A stretch of 64,000 nt of DNA from Azolla caroliniana (lineage: Eukaryota; Plantae; Polypodiophyta), in assembly GCA_043228905.1 (NCBI GenBank), contig JBHGNT010000009.1:1178001-1242000 (forward strand). Reading direction: 5' to 3'. How positions within the stretch are numbered: the first letter of the stretch is position 1; each line of letters begins with the position of its first letter. The notes beneath the pieces were generated by a model. It had not been told where the DNA came from. It ran no database searches and saw nothing but the letters and a program-made list of their open reading frames with translations. The position numbers and the translations under genes are program-made. Shown in pieces: positions 50,701 through 61,843 of the stretch.

Positions 50701-52829
50701 CGGACCATATGGTCGGAAACCGTCTCCGACCAAGGTGGAAGCCATCTCCGCGATGAAGCATGACTGCAATTCGGTCACAGAGGTCCGCAGATTCTTGGGA
50801 GCATGCACCTTCTACCACATCTGGATCCCGCACTACGCACATGTCGCGGAACCCCTCTACGGACTATTGAAAAAGGGGCATAGCTTTGAGTGGAGGACGG
50901 AGCACACGGAGTCGGTACGGAGACTAAAGGAGGCGCTTACGGTAGCGCTAGCTCTCCGTAAAGTGGTTTACGGCAAGGATGTTCCCATCAGCGTGACGGT
51001 GGACACCAGCCCGACCGAGATCGAGTAGGTAATCAGTCAGGAGGACAAGGACGGCGTACGATTCCCGATCCGGTTCGGGGTGAAGGTATTGAGCGAGTGG
51101 TAATGAGGATACGCCCAAGTTAAGCGCGAGGTTTGGGGTGTCGTTTAGGCAGTCAAGGCCGACAAGGATTATCTGATCGAGACGGAGGTGATCATCAAGA
51201 CGGACTGCTTGCTGATACTCGCCATGGTTTCTGGATGCGCGACGCCGGACCTAGCAATGCTCTGGTGGATAGCGTACATTAAGTCCCTGAACCCGGAGAT
51301 ACGGCACATCTCCGGAAAGGACAACGCCATGGCCGACATGCTTTCGAGGGCAAGGTTCAACGACGAAGACGACATGGTTTCGGATGACGAAGAAGTCGGC
51401 GAGGACTTCTTCGAGTCGGCTAACGTAACGACAAGAAAAGGAACACTTCGGCGCTGAATGAATTTGACGAAAGCAAGTACGACGGGGAGTGGCTCCAAAT
51501 CGGGAGGTTCCTACGGACGATGACGCCGGACGTAGCATGGGCGAGAAAGGAGGCGAGCCGGGTACGGAAGAAGGCGTACTGATTCTTCCTGCGGGATGGG
51601 TGCATATGGAGGCACCCAAAGAAGAGAAGCGGCATCCCACTCCGAGTAGTGGCAAAGAAAGAAGAACAGGGGAAACTACTGGCGGCATTTCACGAGAGCC
51701 CATGGGCCGGACACTGTGGAATGTGGGCCACGTTCGAGAAGCTGAAGGAGAAGTACTGGTGGCCGGGGCTGTACCAGGACGTGCATCGGTTCGTAACGAC
51801 TTGCGAGAGCTGTCAGATGCACTTTGTAGTCTGACACCGGGATGAGCTACACCCGACCTACCTGCCTATGGTCCATTTCAAGTGGATGGTGGACTTGGTG
51901 ACGATGCCGATGGGGGTAGGATAGATACGATACCTGGTGCTTGCACAGGAAGACTTAACGAACTAGGTGGAAGGCCGTGCACTGCAAAGCAAGACAACTG
52001 CGGCGGTATGCCGGTTCCTGATCGAAGAAGTAGTGTGTCGGTACGGGTGCGTCGGGAGGATCATGGCGGACCAGGGAGAGCTGGATGCGCGGGAGAATGA
52101 GGAACTGTTCGACCGGCTTTGCGTCAAACTCTCCCTCACTACGGCGTACAATCCGGAGGCGAACGGAAAGGTGGAACGTGGGCACGGGCCGATCGTAAAG
52201 GCATTGGTGCGTGCATGCGGAGGGCAGGTCGGGAATTGGTTGCGAATCCTTCCTTACGCACTATGGGCAGACCGAACTACGCACAGTTCGGTGACAGGGT
52301 TTATGCCGGCAGAGCTGATGTACGGATAGAAGCCGATCATGCCGGTGGAACAGACGGTTTCTTCATGGGCGGCGGTAGATTGGAAGGACGAAATGAGCTG
52401 GGAGGAGTTACTGGCGGCATGGATTCGGTAACTCGAGCGGAGGCTGGAGGACGTGATACAGGCAAAGGAAAAGCTGCGAGCGGTAAGGGAGCGGAACAAG
52501 ACCCGGTTCAACCGAACGCACCGGTTGCGACTAAAGAAGATCGAGGAAGGCGACTGGGTCTTGGTATACGACAGCAGCCTCAACAATCAGCACAAGGTGG
52601 TGCGAAAGTTCGCTAGGAGATGGTTCGCGCCCTACACGGTGACGAGCGTGAACGACAACGGCACGTGTACCACCTAGCGGAACTCGACAGTACACGGTTA
52701 GCGGTGCCGGTGGCCGGGAAGCGGATCAAAGAGTTCAAGAAGCGGTTCGAAGACGAGCCGGAGCCGGCGAGCGAGAGTAACGACGACGATCAGTTTGGGT
52801 CTGGCAGAGAATCGGAGAACAACGAGTGA
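47763..52829 (+). pseudogene. Element A gag-pro-pol remainder, heavily disrupted
   Basis: Collinear with C, with many stops and frameshifts and a 27-bp tandem duplication at 49897/49924. Confidence 0.9.
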
Positions 52830-53596
52830 AGCCGGTTTCCTTTGGTGTCTACCCGTCTCTGGCGCATGCTGATGGATGCGCGGTTTGGTGGGGGTGGATG
52901 TCGTGAAGAAAACCAGCCATAGGCGGAATCGAAGAAAAAGGCGCATGAACCGGCTCTTACACGGGTGGACACGAGGATTGATATATTGTACATAATTCGT
53001 AATTAGGGCGACTGGTGAAAATACTAGGTAGTGCACATTTATTACGAGATTTTGTGCGTATCTCTGTCGATAGGGACAGGGAATAAAGCAGTTTGGCCGA
53101 GGAAAAGGGGGCACCCCCTTTTGGGGAGCTATTTAAGGAGGGAGAGAAGGAAGGAACATGTATCATGCGTTAAGGAGGACGAAGTGCTGCAGGACTGAGA
53201 GTCGAACTCTCTCTCCTGCTCCGATCATCATTCTCTGCGGGTGTCGGGAGTTCACTGCCTTTGCTTCGTGGACAGCCTGTGTGCTTCCAGCAGAGTCTCT
53301 CCCTTCTACATTTTCGGGGTCCAACATGTTCCGTCTGTGTGCGTGAGTAGGGTCCCCGTGTCGGGTCCATCGCCGGCTCGCCGGGTGTAACCGTCAGAGT
53401 TTGTAATCTCTTGATATTGTAATCGACTGTTATTGTAATTAAGGGTTCCGTTCGTTCTCCTCCTTCTCGCTTCCGCGTATATGGAAATCTCTCTCTCTCT
53501 CTCTCTATGTGCTTGCATCTCTCTCTCTCTTGCTCCTCGTTTCAAGGCCCCCGTGGTCCTGCCTCTTTCTCCACGCACGCGCGTAACAACGCGATA

Positions 53597-54210
53597 GCGC
53601 GCGCTTGACCTTGACTCACACCCACACACGCACACACCACGCCGACCCAACTTACGCCCTTATGTACAGAAACGGAGGTAAGAGAACACCAAATACACCC
53701 GCACAAACACCGGACCCCAACAGAGACATGAATATGCACAGATAGACACAAATGTATATATATGAATGGAAGAATACATTCCCGGCTTGGAGCTGGACCA
53801 AGGTAGGTTACAACAGTCGTTTGCTGTCAAGCCGCCATCGGGGAGCTCTCGGGCTCGTCGCGCCGAGCGGGGTCTTGCATAGGAGGCCGAGCCGAAGCAA
53901 ACCCTAAGTAAAACACGAAGGGGAAGAAGAAGAAGAAGAAGAAGAAGAGAGAAATGAAATACTAAACCTAACGGTATACCCTCCTAACTCAAAATGGGTA
54001 ACCCCTTCACAAGAGGCGCTCCCTTCCTTTTATAGAACAAGGAGGGAGATGCGTTACAATGTGGGATTAATCCCGACTTACATGGGATTCTTTGTCCTAA
54101 CTTGACTCCTACTATTCACACGTTTATACAAGGGTGAGTGCACATGGTGCACCCCGTTGATGTAGCCAATATTTCCCGGTTTCCATCTTTGGCCGAAATT
54201 CTTCACGACA
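53597..54210 (-). mobile_element. D-type LTR fragment (host of element A)
   Basis: Diverged reverse complement of the first ~600 bp of LTR 26376. It ends CTTCACGACA with flank ACGC. Confidence 0.85.
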
Positions 54211-55155
54211 ACGCAAACTCCGCAAAGTGGAGAATCTCGGCCCAATAGTCCTGTTGATAACTCAGGAAATAGGCGGAGATATTGCTCCAGCGTTTGGTTT
54301 GTTCGTTCCGCCTGCCCATCGGTTTGAGGATGGTAGTTGGAGGAGAGGTTGCAAGAAACCTTGAGCATCTTGAAGAGATGCTGCCAAAATTTGGAGACGA
54401 ATTGCGGTTCTCGGTCACTGATGATACTGTCTGGGAGGCCATGATGCCGAAATACCTCACGCATGACATGGGCGGCGGTTTCCTCGCTAGTGATGGCCTT
54501 AGTACATGACACAAAATGTGGCATCTTCGTATATCGATCGACGATGATTAAGATAGCATTGAACCCCTTCGAGACCGGTAGATCTGTAATAAAGTCAAGA
54601 CAAATAGACTACCACGGCTTACTTGGAATTGGTAAGGGTTCCAACAAGCCATATGGATGGTGTCGTGGCATCTTTGCTCGGTAGCAAGCATCACAAGTCC
54701 GAACGTAGTCGTCGACAAAACGTCGCATATGGGGCCACCAAAAGGATCATTGAACTAGATCCAACGTCTTAGTGCTACCGAAATGTCCCGCCATATGGGT
54801 GTCGTGACAATTTTCGATGATTTAAAGGCGATAGGAGCAATCGGGGACATATACAAGATTTTTAAAGAATAACAAGCCATCATGATATTCTAATTGTCGG
54901 TAGTCCATACCTGGTTATTGAGACTGGGAACAGGATGCCTGAGAGGTATCAATGTGCGCCAGAATGTCTTGAGCAAAATTGTCCGTCTTCAAGTTCGCAC
55001 GTATGGTGTCGGTAATCTGGGAATCCAATTGGGTGTGAAAAATCCGCGTTGTGTGCAATCATGTTGGTCCCAAGATTACTTGCTTTTGATTATCGAACGT
55101 TGGATCACCAAGACGAGGTGCAAGATATGAACGCCGTGATAGTGCATCTGCCTTT
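54211..55155 (-). pseudogene. Second chromovirus pol fragment (integrase region)
   Basis: HHGLPDSIISDR and HPQTDGQAERTNQTLEQYLR; homologous to ~45670-46620. Confidence 0.9.
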
Positions 55156-56617
55156 TGTTGGGAGACAGGTCCCTCCGGATGGGAAGTGAGAAGAACAGTG
55201 CTGATGAGCAAACTTGGCCAAGGCCGATACCGGATGACGAGTACCCGGAAACGGAAGACCCGGTGAGAACTGGATGAAGAGTACTCGGAAACGGAAGACC
55301 TGGTGAGAACCGGATGAAGAGTACCCGGAAACGGAAGAGCCGGTGAGAACCAGATGACGAGTGCCTGGCAAGCGCCGGATGATGCAGGCCCGGTGAGGAG
55401 TGCTCACCGGATGAAGAGACATATTAGTAAATATGTTTCTGAGAGTCCATCAGGACTATATTTGTAAATAGCCGAAAAGTCATTCTAGTATAAATATGAC
55501 TTAGGGCAAACTTAGTGTATGATGTGTTGTCATTCTTGTTGGTGCAAGATTAGAGTGCGTAATTGTGCACAGAGAGAGATAGAGAGGAAGAGGTCGTCGC
55601 CTCTGTTGTAACCGCCGCCTGTGGCGAAGATAGAAAGCTCGAGGTTGTTGCCTCGGTGCTTTACTATTGTACATTGTAACATAGTGATAGTTTGCAGCCT
55701 GTGGGCTGCCGTGGTTTTTTCCCTAGTTTGGGTTTTCCACGTAAACATCATGTGTACTCTTCTCTTCACTGTGTCGCGCATTCATTCCCGTTTTCTGTGT
55801 TTGATTCTAAGCTTGGTTGTGGCCGAGCGTTGTTCATCCGGAGCGTGTGTTCTTGTCAAAGTGGTTTAAGAGCGAAATCGACACAGAAAATGGACGATTT
55901 GTTGGGAGGCATGTTCAAGCTCACCGGCTCCAACTATTCCGTGTGGAAGTCGAAGATGAGGGACATGCTCGTGGTTAAAGATCTTTGGTTGCCGGTTCAG
56001 TTCGGGGACAAGAGACCGGACAAGATCGACGCCGCGATATGGGAGGTGATGCACATGAAGACAACGACGTACATACGGTGCTTCATCGACATGAGCCTAT
56101 ACAACAACTTCAATGAAGAGAGCAAGGCTCATGAGCTCTAGGAGAAGATCGACATTATGTTTCAAAACAAAAGTGATGTTAATCAGGTTTCAGTATTTCG
56201 GAAGCTAGTAAGACTCTGGTACCAAGATGGCTCCAGCATGGCCGAGCATATGAATGCCCTCTAGGGGCTGATCCACCAGGCAACATCATTGGATGTACCT
56301 CTCGCTTATGAGGTACTAGCGCTACTCCTGCTCGGTTCCCTCCCGGATAGCTGGGAGACGTTTGTTGTCACTTTGGGCAATGTAGGGCCGGAAGGGAAAC
56401 GGTTATCCCTAGCAAGAGTGAAGTTGAGCTTGCTAGATGAGGAGGCGCGTCGGAAAGATAAGGATACGAGCTCCGACTCCAAAGCGCTCCTTACTGAATC
56501 AGATCGCGGAAGACAAAGGAACCGTAGTCCCCAGTACCGGGAAAAGTCGGGGACACGGTCAAAGTCAAGGGGGAGGCCCCCTTGTTTCTATTGCGGTAAG
56601 CCGGGACACTTCCAGAG
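55156..56617 (+). mobile_element. Copia 5' portion: LTR 55156-55858, PBS and disrupted gag
   Basis: TGTTG...TGTCA termini, degenerate iMet PBS TGGTTTAAGAGC at 55862, and gag from 55890 (KLTGSNYSVWKSKM, LLGSLPDSWE, CFYCGKPGH). Confidence 0.85.
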
Positions 56618-56619
56618 AT

Positions 56620-59420
56620 CAACACGGAACTGATCACCGAGGAGGCCATGCATGATTTGATTGGCCTTCCGGAAGGGGGCATCTTCACTATCGACAACCA
56701 TACCCTGGAGCAGCTCCGAAAATATTTTGGGGAATACTCTCTGGCCAACAAGGCCTACCGAACACAGGGTGGCGAAGATCCACTCTTTCAAGAAATTTCC
56801 CGTGTGCTCCATGAATTTGGACATGTATACCCTCGACCCCTGTGCATGCCTCAGAACCGAGCCGGCTTAATTATAGCAACATATGAAGGCGTGAAGGTGG
56901 ACTGGCCGGTACTGATTGTGGATGGCCTCTGTGCAGCCATCGACTCTGTCAGAGGCAAGGAGGGTCGGAAGATATGGACGGCACTGACGCAATGGCTGAC
57001 CCTATTGGTGCCACCTATCAAGCCCATCAAAACTACGAAGTGGGGAAGAACAACCGAAGGCACCTTGAAAACGGCCTCGAAACGCTAGCACCTGTTGGCT
57101 TCTAAGGCAACCAAAGGGAAGGCGGCCGGCACGGACCAAGCGGCAAAGGAGCGCGCCAATAGTTAGCGGCAGGTGGAAACGCAGGAGGAGCCACCGGTAC
57201 GGCCAATCAAGATCAAGCTTGATCGACCGGTTCAACAAGCGCCGGACCCCTTGGCAGCGAAAATCAACATCGGAACTCAGGAGGAGGAAGCGGAGGAGGA
57301 ACCGTTAGAGCACCTCCAGAGGCGCCAAAAGGCAAGCACCCCGAACAGGCCGGGGAGCGTTCAGACCCAAAGAAGGATGGAACGCCTGTACCCCGCACTG
57401 AGCAGCCCACACCAAGGATGGAACCAGAACTGGTTCGGACAGAACCGGTCACAGAGCTCCCTGCACGACAAACTATACCGGCGGGTCAGGATATGGCAAG
57501 ACCCGAAATGCAAGTGTCGAAAGTACAGTTGCCTACCCCACCGGCAGGTCAAGCGCAATCAGAGGCGGAGAGGCCAACGGAGATGGAACCGGAACAACAA
57601 AGTGGTCACCAACCAGAGACAGAGTTGCAGCTCGACGCAACCAGACAAAACCGACCACTGGCCAGCGACACCAACAGCCAACCCTCCAGGCAGACGCAAC
57701 AACAGGGCGCCGGTAACCAATGGCTCCGGTGGATTGGAGAACAGATTGCCGGAGTGGTACACTACATAGAGGCGGAAGAGAAAGCGTAGATGGATTGGTT
57801 GCTCGTCACAACTGGAGAACTAGAGACGGCCCGGTCAAGGATCCGGAGCTTAGAACAAGACTTGGACCTGGCCACAGAAGAATTGGCCAAAATGGTGTTA
57901 ACCGGACCACCAATCCAAGCACCGGTAACTCCAGTAGATGTACAGAATAAAGAAACATGTACATAGCAATAAGACCCCGGAGACGGAACAAGTCCCGGAG
58001 ATAGTGGCGGTGCAAGCAAAAGAGCTTGCTGAATTGAGAGATGAACTGGCCGCACAAGAAGCATTACGCACCCGAAAGCGGCAGAAGAAGAGCAAAGAAA
58101 GACTGCTGAGAACCTCCATCGGGCAGAAGAGAATCTGCGGAAAGGACATTAGGCATATGACCAGTTGAAGGAGGAGAAAGAGAAGGAGCTGCAAGAAAAG
58201 GAGAAGTTGCGACGGATGGCGGAAACAGAGATCGAAAGCCTGAAAGAAGAACTCCTTCAACAGAAGGATCGGGAAGACCACGCTCGCCGGCAACTCAACC
58301 AAAACCTGAAGCAGAAGACCGATGATTTTGAGCACCTGCACCGGGACTACAAGCACCTAGATATGGAGCATAAGAAACAGCAGGAGAAGATGGCAGAGCT
58401 CCGGCAAGAGGTGCATCGAGTTGAGACGGCGCTAGCGGAGGAACGGGCTGAAAGAACCACGTTGCTAGAGGAAGCCGCGCAAGAACGTATGGAGCTCCAT
58501 AAGCAGCATTATGAAGGGAAGGAAAAAGCGACAATGGTATTGCAGAGGTTGCTGAACACCTATCAAAACCAATTGTCACATTACCAGGAGCAGGAGGTGG
58601 ATACGATGGCACTGATCAAGCAATTGAAGGACGAACGACAAGCTGCAGAGGACAAATCGAAGATGGGATTGGAGCGGATCCAGTTCATTGTCCAGGCATG
58701 GAGGAACAAGACCAAACGCTTGATTGATGAAAGCTCTACACAATGGTGGGACAAATGGACAAAGCACACAGCCGAGCTCTAGTTGCTAAGGGCGGACGCG
58801 GAAAACCGGCAGAAGGATGGCGACGACTGCTACATGCTAACAAAAGAGGACTTCACCGCCGTAAGAGATGAGTTAGCATAATATTTTGTAACTTTGGCGG
58901 AGGAACAGTTAATAGTGGTCCGACAACTGGTAGCACATCTAGACGATGATCGACTGGATGCTCAACTCCAGTTTGAAAGCTATGAGCGAACTAAGCTACG
59001 GAGAGAAGAAGCAAAGCAGGCGGCGACCGTCAACCTCAGCGATGAGGAGCCATCACAGGAGCAAGAACTGGACAGAGACAAGGTCGGGGCGAATCAACCG
59101 GAGTCAAATCCGGCAGAGTAGCTAATGGAGGAATCACCACCACAACCGCCGGTACCGGGAGTGGAACAGACACCATCTCAAGAGCACCAATCGGAGGAGC
59201 CGGAGCCACAACAATAGCAGCCACAACAGCAATAGTAGCCGCAACAACAACAATAACAGAGTTCCGAACAACCCTTGGATACCCTGGAGCAGAGTATTCT
59301 GGATATCTTGGACGAAGGATAAGGGCCAGATAGTGGGATTCGACGTACAAGGTACTGTCCCACGGCCATGCCATGTGTTACCTGGCCGACAAAGGAGTTA
59401 AAGACCAGAATGTGAAAGGG
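56620..59420 (+). pseudogene. Disrupted long ORF of unknown function upstream of an LTR (helical domain, P/Q/E-rich linker, coiled coil)
   Basis: Successive sense-strand ORF pieces (56648, 57173/57418, 57938, 58165, 58894) separated by stops or frameshifts; 58165-58782 is E/K/Q/R heptad-rich. Confidence 0.55.
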
Positions 59421-59422
59421 AT

Positions 59423-59758
59423 TGTTATTCGGAATCTATTTTAATTAAGTAGAATAGATTATAATTAAGTAGTGAACGGACGGACAGGAATTGGTATGCC
59501 AATCCGGATCCGGACCGGTTCCAAAGAGGTGCCGGTTGGCACCGTTTTGTACGCAGCACCGGTGACCTATATAAAGGTCCGGTTACAATGTAAAACTTTA
59601 ATGGAGAATTAATATAAGCTTCTTGTTTTATCTTCACGTATTGATTACCGTTCTGTATTAATTGTTATATCTTACGCGTGTATTAAGTGAATGCGATATT
59701 GCTAAGTAGCCAATTAAGTCGGATTAATCGTTGTGTCTTAAGTTATCTCGCCGTAACA
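59423..59758 (+). mobile_element. Probable 3' LTR of a further family
   Basis: Purine tract GAAAGGGA immediately upstream, TGTTA...TAACA inverted termini, and TATATAAA near 59568. The right boundary is not confirmed by a second copy. Confidence 0.6.
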
Positions 59759-59814
59759 CCCCTTTGGTGAAGTGTCTTCCGTAGACACCCTATGTTAGGC
59801 CATCGTCCGGCCAT

Positions 59815-61723
59815 AAGGATTAACAACTGTAAGTCCGTCTTGACTCCTCTGAATAGAACCGTCAAGCTTCGCCCCAATTCTGGAAAGGTATGCGACCCGA
59901 CGAGGTTCCAACAAATTGTCGGAAGCCTTATCTACTTGACAATCACCCGACCCGATCTCAGTTATCCGGTCAGGGTGATCAATCAATTCATGGCGCGACC
60001 TACCGAGGAGCACCTTCAGTGTGCACAACGCGTACTGTCGTATGTAAGCGGGGCACTAAGGACCGGGGATTGCTATATCGGACCGGTATAGCCTTGCAAT
60101 TGGTCGGTTACACCGATGCTGATTGAGCTCGCAACGCCGCCGATCGCCGATCCACGTCTAGATACGCGTTCTCTCTTGGGAGTGCATGCTGTCGCGACGT
60201 GCGAAGCCATATGGTTGAAGTGGCTACTTAAGGACCTACAAGAGGAGGTGTCTGATCCGACGATGATCTACTGCGACAACCTCAGCAGCATCTAGCTTGC
60301 GAAGAACTCCGTTTTCCACGCACGGACCAAGCACATTGAGGTGCACTACCATTTTGTCCGTGAGCGTGTCCTTTCTGGTGAAGTCGAACTTCAGTATGTT
60401 CCGACGGATCGGCAAACTACCGACATCTTCACCAAGCCCCTTGGTCTGGACAAGTTGCGGCAATTCTCGGGTGCGCTTGGGTTGCGTCACCTCGACGTGC
60501 CAAACTTGAGGGGGAGAACAGTCTCGAAAGACCGAACAAGGGAGTAGGAAGGGAGCGGAAGAGACCACGACACCGAGTCGGATGACAAATTCGACTTCGG
60601 ATCGGCTGAAGAAGCCGAGGGCGGATCCGCGGAATAGTCAAAAAGCGGACATAAGGGGAGCAGCCGAAAGAAAGAGCCGAAGCCAACCAAGCATGGGGGG
60701 ATGACGCCGTCAAGGGCGAGAAGACCGAAGACGAGTTGGAGAAAGCCAACTCGGACGAGAGCGAAAACCGATCGGAGGTAGCCGAGTCGGTTCGGATGTT
60801 TGATTCGGATACACTGAATCAACAGAGGGCCAAGCGGAAAAGAAGGTAGCAGTAAAAGCGCCAACACCGCGATAGCAAGGGAGCTGTGAAGGGCCGTGGG
60901 AGCAGACAAGCCAACCGGAAGGGTCGAAGCGTGTGGAGTCGAACAGGCCGAGGAGCGCGAGCGAGGCGTGGAGCCAGGAGGACCTGGAGCGGTGATCCAG
61001 AAGATCCCGAAGAGCCTCAAGTTGAGTTGAGGGGGAGTGCTGAGAGACAAGCTCAACATCGGCCGGATCGGCTGAGCAAGCCAAAGACCGGATCGGTTGG
61101 GACCGATTGGTTAGGCAGCACCGGTACACAGACCGGTGCGTAGGAAGGCCGGATCGGTGCAGAAACCGTGACGCTACCGGAAAGATATTCCGCAAGGAAT
61201 ATATTTGGGAGTTAGTGAAGGGGCTCCTTAATGAGCATTGAAGTACTGTCAGTACTTCTGTCAGTCCAAAAAGGACTTGTATAAAAGTGTTCATTGAACA
61301 CACACGATGTACAGATTGAGTATTGTTGAGAGACAAGCTCAACATCGGCCGGATCGGCTGAAGAAGCCGAGGACCGGATCGGTTGGGACCGATCGGTTAG
61401 GCCGAGTGCGTAAACCGGGAGGTCGTTAGGAAAGATATTCCGTGAGGAATATATTTGGGAGTTAGTGTAGGAGCTCTTAATGAGCATTGAAGTATTGTCA
61501 GTACTTCGGTCAATCCTTCTAGGACTTGTATAAAAGTGTTTACTGAGCACGTCTTATGTACAAACTGAGCACTATTATTGAATATAGTATTTTTTGTGTT
61601 TCTCTCTCTGTCTCTCTTGTGTATACCGTGTAAGCTCAAACTCTCCATTAAACCTGAGTTTCCTCTCTTCTATTCGGTCTTCATACCTGCTTCCACACGT
61701 TTCTTTTACATGGTATCCGAGCG
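59815..61723 (+). mobile_element. Copia RT/RNase H relic, LTR 61038-61710 and PBS
   Basis: VGSLIYLTITRPDLSY, YCDN and TKHIEVHYHFVRE motifs; PPT GAGGGGGAG ends at 61037; PBS TGGTATCCGAGC at 61711. Confidence 0.88.
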
Positions 61724-61843
61724 CGAGGGTTGAGAACCTCTCTGCAGCCGACACAGCTTGACGAAGAAGAACGAGAAGAACGATGGATAGAGGCATGGCG
61801 AGCTCGCTTCCAACAGAGAAGCTCGATAGAACCAACTACGCGT

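Larger units (their letters stand above)
16451..53596 (+). mobile_element. W-family Ty3 element A (old; host of the nest)
   Basis: 5' LTR remnants 16451-16527 and ~21877-21908, PBS 21913-21930, gag split at 22542/47763, degraded gag-pro-pol to 52829, 3' LTR 52899-53596. Right flank GCGC. Confidence 0.85.

Noticed and set aside
58165-58782. Host myosin/SMC-like gene
   Set aside because: Generic coiled coil, no intron structure, flanked by stops and followed by a PPT and LTR; better explained as TE cargo.
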